A stretch of 35,797 nt of DNA. Origin: an uncultured Planctomycetia bacterium. Its GTDB lineage: Bacteria; Planctomycetota; SZUA-567; JAKLDR01. The stretch is taken from assembly GCA_964581145.1 (NCBI GenBank), contig CAZONU010000003.1, forward strand, positions 1 through 35,797, written 5' to 3'. Position numbers and translations under genes: made by a program. Positions 1-9,173 of this stretch are shown one piece after another. Numbering within the stretch: the stretch's first letter is position 1; each line of letters opens with the position of its first letter. The notes beneath the pieces are model-generated. The model was given only the letters and a program-made list of their open reading frames with translations, had not been told where the DNA came from and made no database searches.

Positions 1-71
1 ACCAAACTGCTCAACAGCCGCCAAACACCTCGACCCAGAGCTTCTTGACGCAACCGGAACCGGTCCCGAGC

Positions 72-99
72 TTGACAGGAGCCCGTGGAGGGCTATATT
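72..99 (+). promoter_or_regulatory. sigma70-like promoter for the export operon (TTGACA-N16-TATATT)
   Basis: TTGACA at 72-77 and TATATT at 94-99 with a 16-nt spacer. It lies about 120 nt upstream of the ATG at 219. Confidence 0.5.
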
Positions 100-218
100 C
101 GGGCTTCCGTGCTGCAGCGCCTTTCAGCGCTCCGTTTCGCCACATCGGAGCCGCGCAGCCTGATCGGAGCTGGTATCGCCCGCCGCAGCCCGGACACAGC
201 CCTTCGGGGGATCAGCGA

Positions 219-2927
219 ATGAACCTGTCACGGCCCGCAAAACTCTGCGTGATAGTCCTTTGCGGATTGCTTTTCGCCGCGACCGTCTCCGCCGGGGAAC
301 CCACGCCGAAGGAGCTGGAGAAGCTCAAGGAAATGCTCAAGAAGGGCAAGCTTACCGGCCCGTCCGAGAGCGTTTCCGAGTCCGACCCGGGCGCCGGACG
401 GCGGCGGGTTCCGGATGGTGGGCGCCGCCGCGAGAAGGCTGGCCGCGATGACGGCCTTCCCCCATCAGTCCAGGCCGAGAGGGAGAAGCTCTCCGCGTTC
501 GAGCGCTACGTCCGCGGCGGGAGCCTGGCGGAGGTCTCCACCGACCTGGAGCAGTTCGGTTACGACCTCTTCAAGAGGCCGGCGGGGCGCCCGGAGCCGG
601 TGACCGCCGTGGCCGCGGGACCCGACTATATACTGGGGCCCAATGACGAGGTCATCGTGAGGATATGGGGCAAGGTGGAGTTGGAGGCCGCCGCGGAGGT
701 CAATCGCGGCGGAAAGCTCGCGCTGCCCAAGATCGGCGTCTTCCCCGTGGCCGGCCAGAGCCTGGGCGAACTCCGCAAGAACATCAGGGCCCGCTACGAC
801 AAGGTCTTCAACGACTACAAGATGGACGTTTCGCTCGGCGCGCTGCGGACCGTCGGCGTGATGGTGGTCGGCAAGGTCCAGCGTCCCGGGCGCTACGGAG
901 TCAGCTCGGTTGCCACGGTGCTCAATGCCCTAATGGAAGCGGGCGGGCCCACCAAGGTGGGCACGCTCAGGGGCATTCAGCTGAAGCGGAGGGGCAAGAG
1001 CGTCGCTGCTCTCGACGTCTACAAGCTGCTGACCGCCGGCGAACGCGCCGGAGACGTCCGCCTGCAGCCGGAAGACATCGTCTTCGTGCCCGGCGCCGGC
1101 AGGCGCGTGGCCATCGCCGGCAGCGTGCGCAGCCCGGCCATTTACGAGCTCAAACCCGACGAGATGAAGCTGCGCAAGCTCATCGAGCTCGCCGGGGGCA
1201 TGGAGCCGACCGCCGTGAAGGACCGCGTGCAGATCGAGAGGGTGGAGCGGGGGGGCAAGGTCCGGCTCGAACGCGTGGACCTCACCGCGCCGGGCAAGGG
1301 CAGGGACTTCGACCTGAGAGACGGCGACATCGTCCGGGTATTCTCAGTGGTGCGCAAGATCGCCAACGTGGTCTACCTGGCCGGCAACGTGGCCCGCCCC
1401 GGCGCCTACCGGTTCAGGGCGGGCATGCGCGTCAGCGATTTGATCAGCGACCTGCAAATGCTGGTACCCGAGGAAGCCTGGAAGGCTGGCGAAGCTCCGC
1501 GGCCTCTTGATCCTGAGACGGGCGGTACATCCCTGAAGCCGGCGGAGAGGAAGCCGGCCGAGGCCGGCGGCGGGAGGGCGCGCAACAGCGCCCGGGAGGG
1601 CGAGAAGGACGCCGGCCGGCACGGGGCGGAGGAGGACGGGGAAAGCGGGGAAGCGGCGCGCCCGAAGGCGTTCCCCCAGCCCTACTGGGAGCACGCGCTG
1701 GTCCGCCGGGTGACCCGGCCACATCTCCGCGTGGAGTACATCCCCTTCAACCTGGGCAAGGCGTTCCTCAAGAAGGACCGCGCCGCGGACCTGTCCCTGG
1801 CCCCCGGCGACACGGTGATCGTCTTCTCCAAATGGGACTTCGTGAACAGGCCCACGGCCCGCGTCGGCGGGGCGGTCAACCGGACGGGAGCCTACCCGCT
1901 GACGCCCAACATGACGGTGCGCGACCTGGTCAGCATAGCCGGCGGCCTCAAGAGCTACGCCTATCGCGGTCAGGCCGAGCTGCTGCGCGTGCACTTCGAA
2001 GAAGGCGGCCAGCGCGAGGAGCGCATCCTGCTGGACCTGGGCCGGGCGCTGTCCGGCGATGCCGGGCAGAACTTCAAGCTCAGCGAGCGGGACCATCTGT
2101 TCGTGCGCAGCGTGCCGGAGTACAAGGCCCCGGCCAGGGTGAAGGTCTCCGGCGAGGTGCGCTTCCCGGGGATCTACCCGGTCGGAAAGGGCGAGCGGCT
2201 GAGCAGCCTGATCGAGCGGGCCGGGGGCTACACCGACCGGGCCTACCTGCTCGGCGCGGAGTTCACCCGCGAGTCGGTCCGCAAAGTACAGCAGGAGCGC
2301 ATCGACCAGATGCTCACCCGGTTGGAGACCGAGCTCAGCCGCACGGCGGCGGCGGCGGCCCAGACGGGGACCACCAAGGAGGCCATCGAGGCCGCCTCCG
2401 AGCAGGCCGCCTGGCAGCGGAAGCTGCTGGGCCGGCTGCGGTCCATCAAGGCCCAGGGCCGCGTGGTCATAAGCCTGGCGCAACCCGCGAAGCTCAAGGG
2501 CTCGGGACACGACATCGCCCTGGAGAGCGGCGACGTCGTCAGGATTCCCGCCAGGCCGGACACGGTCAACGTTCTGGGCACGGTCCACAATCAAAATGCG
2601 TATCTCTGGAAGAAGAAGGCCACCTACAAGCACTACCTGCGGCTGGCCGGAGGGCCGACCCGCTTCGCCAGCAGGAAGGGCATCTACGTCATCCGCGCCG
2701 ACGGCAGCGTGGCCAGCCTGCGCCAGGGGCGCGGCGGCCTGCGCTGGGACGCCGGGCACCGCAGGTGGGTCTCCGGCGGGCTGAGCGGCATGCCGCTGGC
2801 GCCGGGCGACACGGTCGTGGTGCCCGAGGAGCTCGAACGCGTCGCCTGGCTGAGGAACACCAAGGACATCACCCAGATCCTCTACCAGATCGCCGTGGCC
2901 ACCGGTGTCGTGGTCCTGGCCTTCTAG
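219..2927 (+). CDS. Outer-membrane polysaccharide export protein (OPX/Wza-like, multiple SLBB repeats)
   Basis: The ATG at 219 gives the signal peptide MNLSRPAKLCVIVLCGLLFAATVSAGEP. It has a Poly_export-like motif (PDYILGPNDEVIVRIWGK). G-V-x-x-PG-x-Y...AGG (SLBB-like) units recur. The C-terminus is a hydrophobic helix (ILYQIAVATGVVVLAF). The track ORF opens at a TTG at 45, but the signal peptide argues for 219. Confidence 0.8.
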   Translation: MNLSRPAKLCVIVLCGLLFAATVSAGEPTPKELEKLKEMLKKGKLTGPSESVSESDPGAGRRRVPDGGRRREKAGRDDGLPPSVQAEREKLSAFERYVRGGSLAEVSTDLEQFGYDLFKRPAGRPEPVTAVAAGPDYILGPNDEVIVRIWGKVELEAAAEVNRGGKLALPKIGVFPVAGQSLGELRKNIRARYDKVFNDYKMDVSLGALRTVGVMVVGKVQRPGRYGVSSVATVLNALMEAGGPTKVGTLRGIQLKRRGKSVAALDVYKLLTAGERAGDVRLQPEDIVFVPGAGRRVAIAGSVRSPAIYELKPDEMKLRKLIELAGGMEPTAVKDRVQIERVERGGKVRLERVDLTAPGKGRDFDLRDGDIVRVFSVVRKIANVVYLAGNVARPGAYRFRAGMRVSDLISDLQMLVPEEAWKAGEAPRPLDPETGGTSLKPAERKPAEAGGGRARNSAREGEKDAGRHGAEEDGESGEAARPKAFPQPYWEHALVRRVTRPHLRVEYIPFNLGKAFLKKDRAADLSLAPGDTVIVFSKWDFVNRPTARVGGAVNRTGAYPLTPNMTVRDLVSIAGGLKSYAYRGQAELLRVHFEEGGQREERILLDLGRALSGDAGQNFKLSERDHLFVRSVPEYKAPARVKVSGEVRFPGIYPVGKGERLSSLIERAGGYTDRAYLLGAEFTRESVRKVQQERIDQMLTRLETELSRTAAAAAQTGTTKEAIEAASEQAAWQRKLLGRLRSIKAQGRVVISLAQPAKLKGSGHDIALESGDVVRIPARPDTVNVLGTVHNQNAYLWKKKATYKHYLRLAGGPTRFASRKGIYVIRADGSVASLRQGRGGLRWDAGHRRWVSGGLSGMPLAPGDTVVVPEELERVAWLRNTKDITQILYQIAVATGVVVLAF

Positions 2928-2949
2928 CCCGGAAAAGGCCCCGTATCTG

Positions 2950-4455
2950 GTGCGCACCCGAGCCCTGCTGATTGCGGCGGCCGCCCTGGCCTGCGCTCTC
3001 TCGGCCGGCCGGGCGAGAGGCGGGGAGCCCGGAGTGCCATCGGGTTCCTGGGTGTACCGGGTCCTGGACCGCCTGCGGGCCGCGGGGCTGCTCCACAGCG
3101 GGACGGCGGGCTCTCGCCCGCGGAGCCGGGGAGAGCTCGCGCGCCTGGTGCAGGAGGCCCGCCGGCTGGCCGGTGAGAATGGAGAAGGTCGTTTCGAGGC
3201 CGGCCTGGCCCGCCTTGAGAGCGAGTTCGCCGCCGAACTCGAAGATCGGGAGACCGGGAGGGAGGTCGATTATTTTCGCCCCGTCGAGGAGGTCCGCGTG
3301 AGCTACCTCTTCCTGGACGGCGAGAACGACGTGCACAACGACCGCGGCCGGGAGTACCGGGAAGGCCACAATACCCGGCTGTCGGTATCCTCGCGGTTCG
3401 GCTGGAAGGTGTTTTCGGGATACGTGCGCTGGGAGGGCCGCCGCCTGGAAGAGGACGACGGCCGACGGGAAGTGACCGCCGCGCGGGTGGAGGAAGGTCA
3501 CCTGCGGCTGTCGGCGGGCAAGTGGTACCTGGAGGCCGGGCGAGAGTCGCTGTGGTGGGGACCGGGACGCCACGGGGCCCTCCTGCTTTCCGACAACGCC
3601 CGGCCGTTCGACCTGGTTCGCTTCGGCAACGAGGAGCCGGTGCTGCTGCCAGGGTTTCTCTCCAGGCTCGGGCCGGTGAGGATCGAGGCCTTCCTGACGC
3701 GGCTGGAAGAGGACCGGGACATCTCCAGGCCCTTCCTCGCGGGGGGCAGGGCCAGCATCTGCCCGCTGCCGTGGCTGGAGTTGGGGGTCAGCAGGACGGC
3801 GATGTTCGGCGGCGAGGGCCGTTCGGTGACCTGGACGACTATCCGGGACGCAGTCACCGGCCACGGCGAGAACAAGCCCGGCGACCCCGGCAACCAGCTG
3901 GCCGCGATCGACTGGCGGCTGAGCGTACCGTGGAAGGCGCAGCCCTTCGAGTTTTACGGCGAGTTCGGCGGCGAGGACGAAGCCGGCGGCTTCTTCTGCC
4001 GGAAGGCCTACCTGCTGGGATTCTATCTCCCCCGCCTGGGGCCTTCTCCCGCGTTTGATTTCCGCGTCGAGTACGCGGATACCTACCTCGACGGGCACCA
4101 CGACCACCCGCGGATATGGTACACCCACGGGACGTACAGCTCGGGGTACACCTACGAGCGGCGCGTGATCGGCCACCACATGGGTACCGACGCGCGGGAC
4201 CTGTACTTCGAGCTGGGCTGGTACCCGGCCAGGAGCGCCCGCATCTGGGCCTCGCTGGACATCGAGGAGCGCGAGCTGTCCTCCAGCGACCCGGAGGAGC
4301 GGAATGAGTACGCCGTCGGGCTGGAGTGGGCTCCCACTGATCGCTTGATGGTAGAGGCCGCCTACGTCCGGGAGGACGTCGAGAACCCCGGCGGCTCGCC
4401 GGGCGACGGCGAGGACGGCAATCGATTCCGATTGACGGTGACGTGGAAGTTCTGA
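2950..4455 (+). CDS. wzi: Capsule assembly Wzi-family outer-membrane protein
   Basis: The N-terminal motif SWVYRVLDRLRAAGLL...SRPRSRGELARLV is typical of Wzi. The rest is Y/G/W-rich and beta-barrel-like. The GTG at 2950 gives the signal peptide MRTRALLIAAAALACALSA. The alternative GTG at 2905 overlaps the upstream gene. Confidence 0.7.
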   Translation: MRTRALLIAAAALACALSAGRARGGEPGVPSGSWVYRVLDRLRAAGLLHSGTAGSRPRSRGELARLVQEARRLAGENGEGRFEAGLARLESEFAAELEDRETGREVDYFRPVEEVRVSYLFLDGENDVHNDRGREYREGHNTRLSVSSRFGWKVFSGYVRWEGRRLEEDDGRREVTAARVEEGHLRLSAGKWYLEAGRESLWWGPGRHGALLLSDNARPFDLVRFGNEEPVLLPGFLSRLGPVRIEAFLTRLEEDRDISRPFLAGGRASICPLPWLELGVSRTAMFGGEGRSVTWTTIRDAVTGHGENKPGDPGNQLAAIDWRLSVPWKAQPFEFYGEFGGEDEAGGFFCRKAYLLGFYLPRLGPSPAFDFRVEYADTYLDGHHDHPRIWYTHGTYSSGYTYERRVIGHHMGTDARDLYFELGWYPARSARIWASLDIEERELSSSDPEERNEYAVGLEWAPTDRLMVEAAYVREDVENPGGSPGDGEDGNRFRLTVTWKF

Positions 4456-4471
4456 GGAGGTCCAGAGCAAA

Positions 4472-5677
4472 ATGAACATGCAGCAGGAGCCCGCCGGGAC
4501 GGCCGCGCCCGTCGGGCGTTCGCCAGCAGGCATCCCGCCGGCCGATACGATGACCCTGGCCGACTACGTGCTGATCCTCTGGCGGCGCAAGAGGCTGGTG
4601 GCCGCCTGTGTCGTGGCAGGTGTCGCCCTGGCGCTCCTGGCCCACTTCGCGCTCCCGAAGAAGTACGAGGCCGCCGCGCTGATTCTCCCCCCGCAGGACG
4701 AGGGCGGCGGCGGACTGGCGGCCAAGCTGGCGGGGCTGGCGGCGGACCTGCCCGCGGCGCTCCCGGGGGTCAAGCGGCCCTCCGAGCGCTACGTGGACAT
4801 GCTGGAAAGCCGCCGGGTGGCCGACGAGGCCATCGCACGCTTCGACCTCATGAAGCGTTACGGGAAGGAGTCGCGGGACGGGACCAGGCAGAAGCTGGCC
4901 GCGCGAAGGCGGTTCAAGATAACCAAGGGGGAGCTGATTTCCATCTCGGCCACTGATGAAGACCCGGAAGTGGCCGCGCAAATGGCCAACTTCTTCGCCG
5001 AAGTCCTGGGCAGGATCGACCGCGAGATCAACGTCGGGGAGGCCGGCCGGCAGCGGCGCTTTCTGGACACGCGCCTGAAAGAGGTGGAGAAGGACCTCAA
5101 GGCCGCCCAGGGGGCCTGGCGCGCGTTCCAGGAGAAGCACCGCATCGTCCGCGTGGACGAGGGGCTGCGGGCCACGGCCACGGTCATCGCCGAGCTCGAG
5201 GCCCAGCGGATTGCCAAGGAGATCCAGCTGCAGGTGATGGAGACGGTCTACTCCAAGACCAATCCACAAGTGGAAGTGCTCCGGTCCGAAGTGAGCAAGC
5301 TCGGCGAAAAGTTGAAGGAGCTGGCCGGGAAGGGCATCCGCACCGGGGCCGGGGAGCGGTCCCAGTGGCTCTTCCCGGCGATCGAGAAGGTGCCCGCCCT
5401 GGCGCTGGAACAGATGGACCTGGAGCGCAGGCTGCGGCTCCAGGCCGAGCTGTACAGGCTGCTGGTGACCCAGCGGGAAATGGCCAGGATAGAGGAGGCC
5501 AAGGAGAACCCCTCGCTTCAGGTGGTCTCGGAGGCCGGGGCGCCGGACCGGCCGGCGGGGATGGGCGGGCCGGCCAAGCTGCTGCTCGGCGCCGTGCTGG
5601 GCTTCCTGGCTGGCGTGGCGCTGATCTGGTTTCTGGAGGTGCTCTTCCCGGGCATGAAGCGGCCGGTTGGCCCCTGA
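4472..5677 (+). CDS. Polysaccharide co-polymerase / chain-length determinant (Wzz + GNVR-type), no kinase domain
   Basis: GAGGAGG lies 11 nt upstream of the ATG. It has an N-terminal Wzz-like segment (LADYVLILWRRKRLVAACVVAGVALALL..LPKKYEA), a long coiled-coil middle and an ...IEEAKENPSLQVVSEAGAPDRP motif followed by a C-terminal TM helix. No Walker motifs are present. Confidence 0.75.
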   Translation: MNMQQEPAGTAAPVGRSPAGIPPADTMTLADYVLILWRRKRLVAACVVAGVALALLAHFALPKKYEAAALILPPQDEGGGGLAAKLAGLAADLPAALPGVKRPSERYVDMLESRRVADEAIARFDLMKRYGKESRDGTRQKLAARRRFKITKGELISISATDEDPEVAAQMANFFAEVLGRIDREINVGEAGRQRRFLDTRLKEVEKDLKAAQGAWRAFQEKHRIVRVDEGLRATATVIAELEAQRIAKEIQLQVMETVYSKTNPQVEVLRSEVSKLGEKLKELAGKGIRTGAGERSQWLFPAIEKVPALALEQMDLERRLRLQAELYRLLVTQREMARIEEAKENPSLQVVSEAGAPDRPAGMGGPAKLLLGAVLGFLAGVALIWFLEVLFPGMKRPVGP

Positions 5678-5748
5678 GCCCTGGTCCCCGGGTCCTTGAA
5701 CGTACCTGAGTCCTTGAACACCAGGGGTTTAGGACGCCAGAAAAAAAG

Positions 5749-6300
5749 TTATTCGCGCGGCTCCTCCTTTCTATCCCCGTCCCCGTTGCCCCCGCCGCTG
5801 CCATATTGCTTATCGCAAGCCTTCTGCCAGGGGGAGCTTTCCAGGGCCAGGGGGCGGGCCACGCCGCGGCGGCAGGCGGCCAGGGTCAATTCGGCGTCGC
5901 GGAGCTGGGCCCAGCTCTCGGAGTTCTTGCGCTTCTTCTCCATGTTTCCCGCGAAGATGTCGTTTTTCTCGCTGAGGACGGCGTTCTTCTTGCGGCCGCG
6001 GTCGTCGGCCATGAGGGTCTGGGCGGCGCGCAGGGCCACGCGCTCGTCCTGGCTGTTGAGGAGTTTCGTCAACGTCGCGCGGGCCTTGGCGGCGGCCTCC
6101 ATGGAGGCCCTGTACTGGGCCTCCTCGAAGAGCGTCCAGTAGACCCGCCCGCTGCGGCGGACCAGCTTGCGGAGCCGCTCCCCATCGGTGTCCAGCTCGG
6201 TCGCCATCTGCGCCCAGGTCTTGCCCTGGGCGCGGAGCATGGCGGCTTCCTCCAGCAGTTGCAACTCGCTCTCGGACAATGGGTTGCTCTTGGTGGACAT
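5749..6300 (-). CDS. Hypothetical helix-turn-helix protein (candidate locus regulator)
   Basis: The ATG at 6300 is preceded by GGAGGA 5 nt upstream. The product begins MSTKSNPLSESELQLLEEAAMLRAQGKTWAQMATELDTDGERLRKLV, which is HTH-like, and has a charged tail. The track ORF starts earlier, at 6339. Confidence 0.6.
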   Translation of the reverse strand: MSTKSNPLSESELQLLEEAAMLRAQGKTWAQMATELDTDGERLRKLVRRSGRVYWTLFEEAQYRASMEAAAKARATLTKLLNSQDERVALRAAQTLMADDRGRKKNAVLSEKNDIFAGNMEKKRKNSESWAQLRDAELTLAACRRGVARPLALESSPWQKACDKQYGSGGGNGDGDRKEEPRE

Positions 6301-6352
6301 GGTGGTCCTCCTTCCATAAAGGGCCTTTCGGCCGGCCATAGAACGCTACTAT

Positions 6353-6381
6353 AATATAGCGTAATTTGGGGCAAAAGTCAA
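6353..6381 (-). promoter_or_regulatory. sigma70-like promoter for the HTH gene (TTGACT-N17-TATATT on minus strand)
   Basis: The reverse complement of 6376-6381 is TTGACT and of 6353-6358 is TATATT, with a 17-nt spacer. It overlaps the AT-rich palindrome CTATAaTATAG. Confidence 0.55.
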
Positions 6382-6439
6382 GCGACCGGGGCGGAAAAAT
6401 GAGCCGGAAGGCGTCTCCGTCGGAACCCCCACGGGGGAC

Positions 6440-6471
6440 TTGACTTGAGGCGCTGAGGGCGTTACCCTCAG
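6440..6471 (+). promoter_or_regulatory. Putative wzx promoter with an operator-like perfect inverted repeat
   Basis: TTGACT at 6440-6445 and a weak -10 TACCCT at 6463-6468, spaced N17. The repeat CTGAGGG(6453-6459)-cgtta-CCCTCAG(6465-6471) overlaps the -10. Confidence 0.35.
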
Positions 6472-6495
6472 TGGAAACAAATCGGAAAGGGGCGA

Positions 6496-7806
6496 TTGTG
6501 CGTGGGCGCTTGTAAGGCCGAGAGCGGCGGAGAGGGCCATCCCAGGCGGAGGGATTACGGGTACGTTTTCCTGGCCGACTTCCTGGTCATATTGAGCACT
6601 ATCCTGATCTATCGCCTGGCCGACCGCTTCCTGGGGCAAAGCGGGTTCTCCGAGTACGTCCTGGTGCGGCGAACGCTCTCATTGGCCATGCCGGTGCTGT
6701 TTCTCGGCGTGGGGGTGGCGCTGCCCCGGCAGGTGGCCCTGGTCGAAAGCCGGCCCGGGGAATCGCCGCTTCCCAGTTTTCTGGCCGCCCTGCTGATAGT
6801 GGGAGTGCCGACAGCGGCCTGCGTGCTGGCCGCCAACATCTTCCCGGGGGCGCTTTCCCATCTCATTTTCGGCGATGCCGGACATGCTTCCATTGTAGCT
6901 TCCATGAGCTTTGTCCTGGTGGGGCTGTCCCTCAACGGATTATGCTACGCCTATTTCCGGGGCAGGATGCTGTTCGGCCGGGGCAGCCTTCTGTGCGCGG
7001 TGAGCGTCGGCCTGATCCCGGTGGGCGCTTTCTGGCTGGCCGAGGGCAGCGTGGCGTCGGTGCTCCGCATCACGGGGCTTTCGGTGACCGCTGTCTCGCT
7101 GGTGGGCCTGGTTTCCATTTTCGCCAGCGCAAGAATCGACTTCAGCCGCGTCGTCGAGCGGGGCAAGGCGCTTCTGTCCTACGGCGTGCGCCGCGTTCCC
7201 GGCAATTTCGCGCTGAGCGCCCTGCTCAGCACTCCGGCGATCCTCGCCGCTCATTTCGTCGGGCTGCGCGAGGCCGGCATGGTCGGCTTCGGCTGCGCCC
7301 TCGTCGGGCTGGGCGGCAGCGCGGTCGCGCCCATCGGCAAGATTCTCCTCCCCGAGGCCAGCCGGATGCTGGCCACCGGCCGGCGGGCCGAGCTCAGGAG
7401 GCATGTGCACAAGCTATTGTGGTTCGGCCTGGGGCTGGCCATACCCGGAACTGCGCTCGCGCTCCTGCTGATGAACGTGGGCGTCAAGCTGTACCTGGGT
7501 CCTGAGTACGTGGCGATGGCCGGCACCGTGCGGGTGGTCATCGTCGCCGCGCCCGCGTACGTGGTCTACGTGTGCCTGCGCAGCGTCATCGACGCCGCGC
7601 ACCGCAGGGCGATAAACGCGCACAACTGTTACATCGCGCTCCTGCTGTACGCGGCCATCGCCTGCGGGGGCCGGCTGATCTGGGGGGGGCTGACGCCGGT
7701 GCTGGTGGGTTTCGTTTCCGGCATCTGTGCGCTGGGCGCCTTGACGTGGGTCCGGGCCGAGCGTACTCTGGCCCGTGCCGGAGCGGACCCGACAGAGGAA
7801 AGCTGA
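6496..7806 (+). CDS. wzx: Oligosaccharide flippase (Wzx / MOP-family polysaccharide biosynthesis protein)
   Basis: The product is a polytopic membrane protein of about 12 TM segments with a flippase-like layout (YRLADRFLGQSGFSEYVLVRR..., YGVRRVPGNFA). The start is uncertain, either the TTG at 6496 or the in-frame GTG at 6502. Confidence 0.65.
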   Translation: MCVGACKAESGGEGHPRRRDYGYVFLADFLVILSTILIYRLADRFLGQSGFSEYVLVRRTLSLAMPVLFLGVGVALPRQVALVESRPGESPLPSFLAALLIVGVPTAACVLAANIFPGALSHLIFGDAGHASIVASMSFVLVGLSLNGLCYAYFRGRMLFGRGSLLCAVSVGLIPVGAFWLAEGSVASVLRITGLSVTAVSLVGLVSIFASARIDFSRVVERGKALLSYGVRRVPGNFALSALLSTPAILAAHFVGLREAGMVGFGCALVGLGGSAVAPIGKILLPEASRMLATGRRAELRRHVHKLLWFGLGLAIPGTALALLLMNVGVKLYLGPEYVAMAGTVRVVIVAAPAYVVYVCLRSVIDAAHRRAINAHNCYIALLLYAAIACGGRLIWGGLTPVLVGFVSGICALGALTWVRAERTLARAGADPTEES

Positions 7807-7823
7807 CGGCTTGATGGGTTGGA

Positions 7824-9173
7824 ATGACATTGCATAATCTCGGAGGGAAGGCTGCAATAATGCATCCTGCAGCCGGTATTCGATGCGCACCCGGGACGGC
7901 CGCGCATTGGGAAAGGCTGCATACCGTCTTGTTCGTCTTGACGACCTTCTTCTTGTCCTTTCTCCCCACCGAGATCCTCTTTCAGCGCCTGGAGGGAAGA
8001 GCTGTCAAACTTGCCGTATGGGCATCGCTGCTTGGCCTGTCACTGGCCGTTGTACTGTTCAGGATGCCACAGACGTTTGATTGGAGCAGCCCCCGCCGCT
8101 TCGTTTTCGCCTCATTTATCCTCTTCTCGATCTACAGCGCCCTTCAGGCCTGGATTCGGCCGCCGCCCTTCAACTACCAGCAAACCTTGGTTACAGTGTT
8201 CCTCGTTCCCTTGTTCGCCCTGATGGGGATGCTGTCCGCACGCCACAAGAAGACGGTGATCAACACCCTGTTGTGCCTCTCCGGTTTCTATGTCATGAGC
8301 GGCATCATCGGATTGCATACGGGTTACTTGATTTATCAGGGAGAAGGTTTTCAGACCGTTGTTCCTTCTCAATTGTACGAGCATCAGAACGTGGGGTATC
8401 AGGGTTCGAGTAGTTACGTCGGCATCTTCCTTCTGATTCTTCTCACCTGGTGCTGGTTCAACACCAGGTCCGTCGGCAGTCGTCTCCTGGTGATGGTGTC
8501 GTGCGCGTATTCGCTGATTCTGCTCTTTGTGTTGGGCGGACGTGCCGCCTCTCTTGCCGTCACCGCCTCTCTGCTTTTCGTCGTACTGGTCAAGCTGATA
8601 CCGGTTGTTTTGTGTCTTCCGATCAATAGGCGCGATGTTCTCTGGCTGTTCTGTTTGGGATGCTTGACGGCATTGGCCGTTCGAGTTGCGTTGCTTCCGA
8701 ATATGCATGTCGTGCGGCGATTCGCCGTTCTGCTGGAGGAAAGAGACGCTTCGATGCGAGGGTTCCTTTTCACCGAGGCTATCAGTCTCTGGTCTCGAGA
8801 CATCTGGACATTGTTTGTGGGCATCGGCCCGCAGGCATTTCCTGAGGCCATCGGGGCTGAATCGGCGGGAAAGTATCCACATAACTTCATTTTGGAGGCG
8901 CTGTGCGAATATGGCGTGCTCGGTTGCGTTCTGCTCTGTGCTCCCCTGGTGGTCATTGCCCGCACGTATGCCAGAGGTATTCTTAGAGTTGGATCAAGCC
9001 GGAACGCCACCATTGCGCTCGGCGCGATCACAGTCTTCTTCTTCATTCAGTCGATGGGCACGGGAGCCTTACAGTCCATATGGCCCTTGATCTTCCTGAT
9101 GGCGGCTTTGGTTCCAGGTCCTGACGTCCCTGATGGGATCGACTGCAAAGGTCAAGGTCTCGGGGGAACATGA
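7824..9173 (+). CDS. wzy: O-antigen polymerase/ligase-family membrane protein (Wzy-like)
   Basis: It has at least 10 hydrophobic segments and a Wzy_C-like motif (YPHNFILEALCEYGVLG). G+C is markedly lower than in the flanks. Confidence 0.65.
   Translation: MTLHNLGGKAAIMHPAAGIRCAPGTAAHWERLHTVLFVLTTFFLSFLPTEILFQRLEGRAVKLAVWASLLGLSLAVVLFRMPQTFDWSSPRRFVFASFILFSIYSALQAWIRPPPFNYQQTLVTVFLVPLFALMGMLSARHKKTVINTLLCLSGFYVMSGIIGLHTGYLIYQGEGFQTVVPSQLYEHQNVGYQGSSSYVGIFLLILLTWCWFNTRSVGSRLLVMVSCAYSLILLFVLGGRAASLAVTASLLFVVLVKLIPVVLCLPINRRDVLWLFCLGCLTALAVRVALLPNMHVVRRFAVLLEERDASMRGFLFTEAISLWSRDIWTLFVGIGPQAFPEAIGAESAGKYPHNFILEALCEYGVLGCVLLCAPLVVIARTYARGILRVGSSRNATIALGAITVFFFIQSMGTGALQSIWPLIFLMAALVPGPDVPDGIDCKGQGLGGT

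Noticed and set aside
1344-4533. Long minus-strand ORFs (1344..2957, 537 aa; 2869..4533, 554 aa; 3854..5269, 471 aa) antisense to the wza, wzi and wzz genes
   Set aside because: Their translations are Arg/Gly/Pro/Ala-rich with no motifs. They exactly shadow well-supported plus-strand genes, so they are typical open antisense frames of high-GC DNA.
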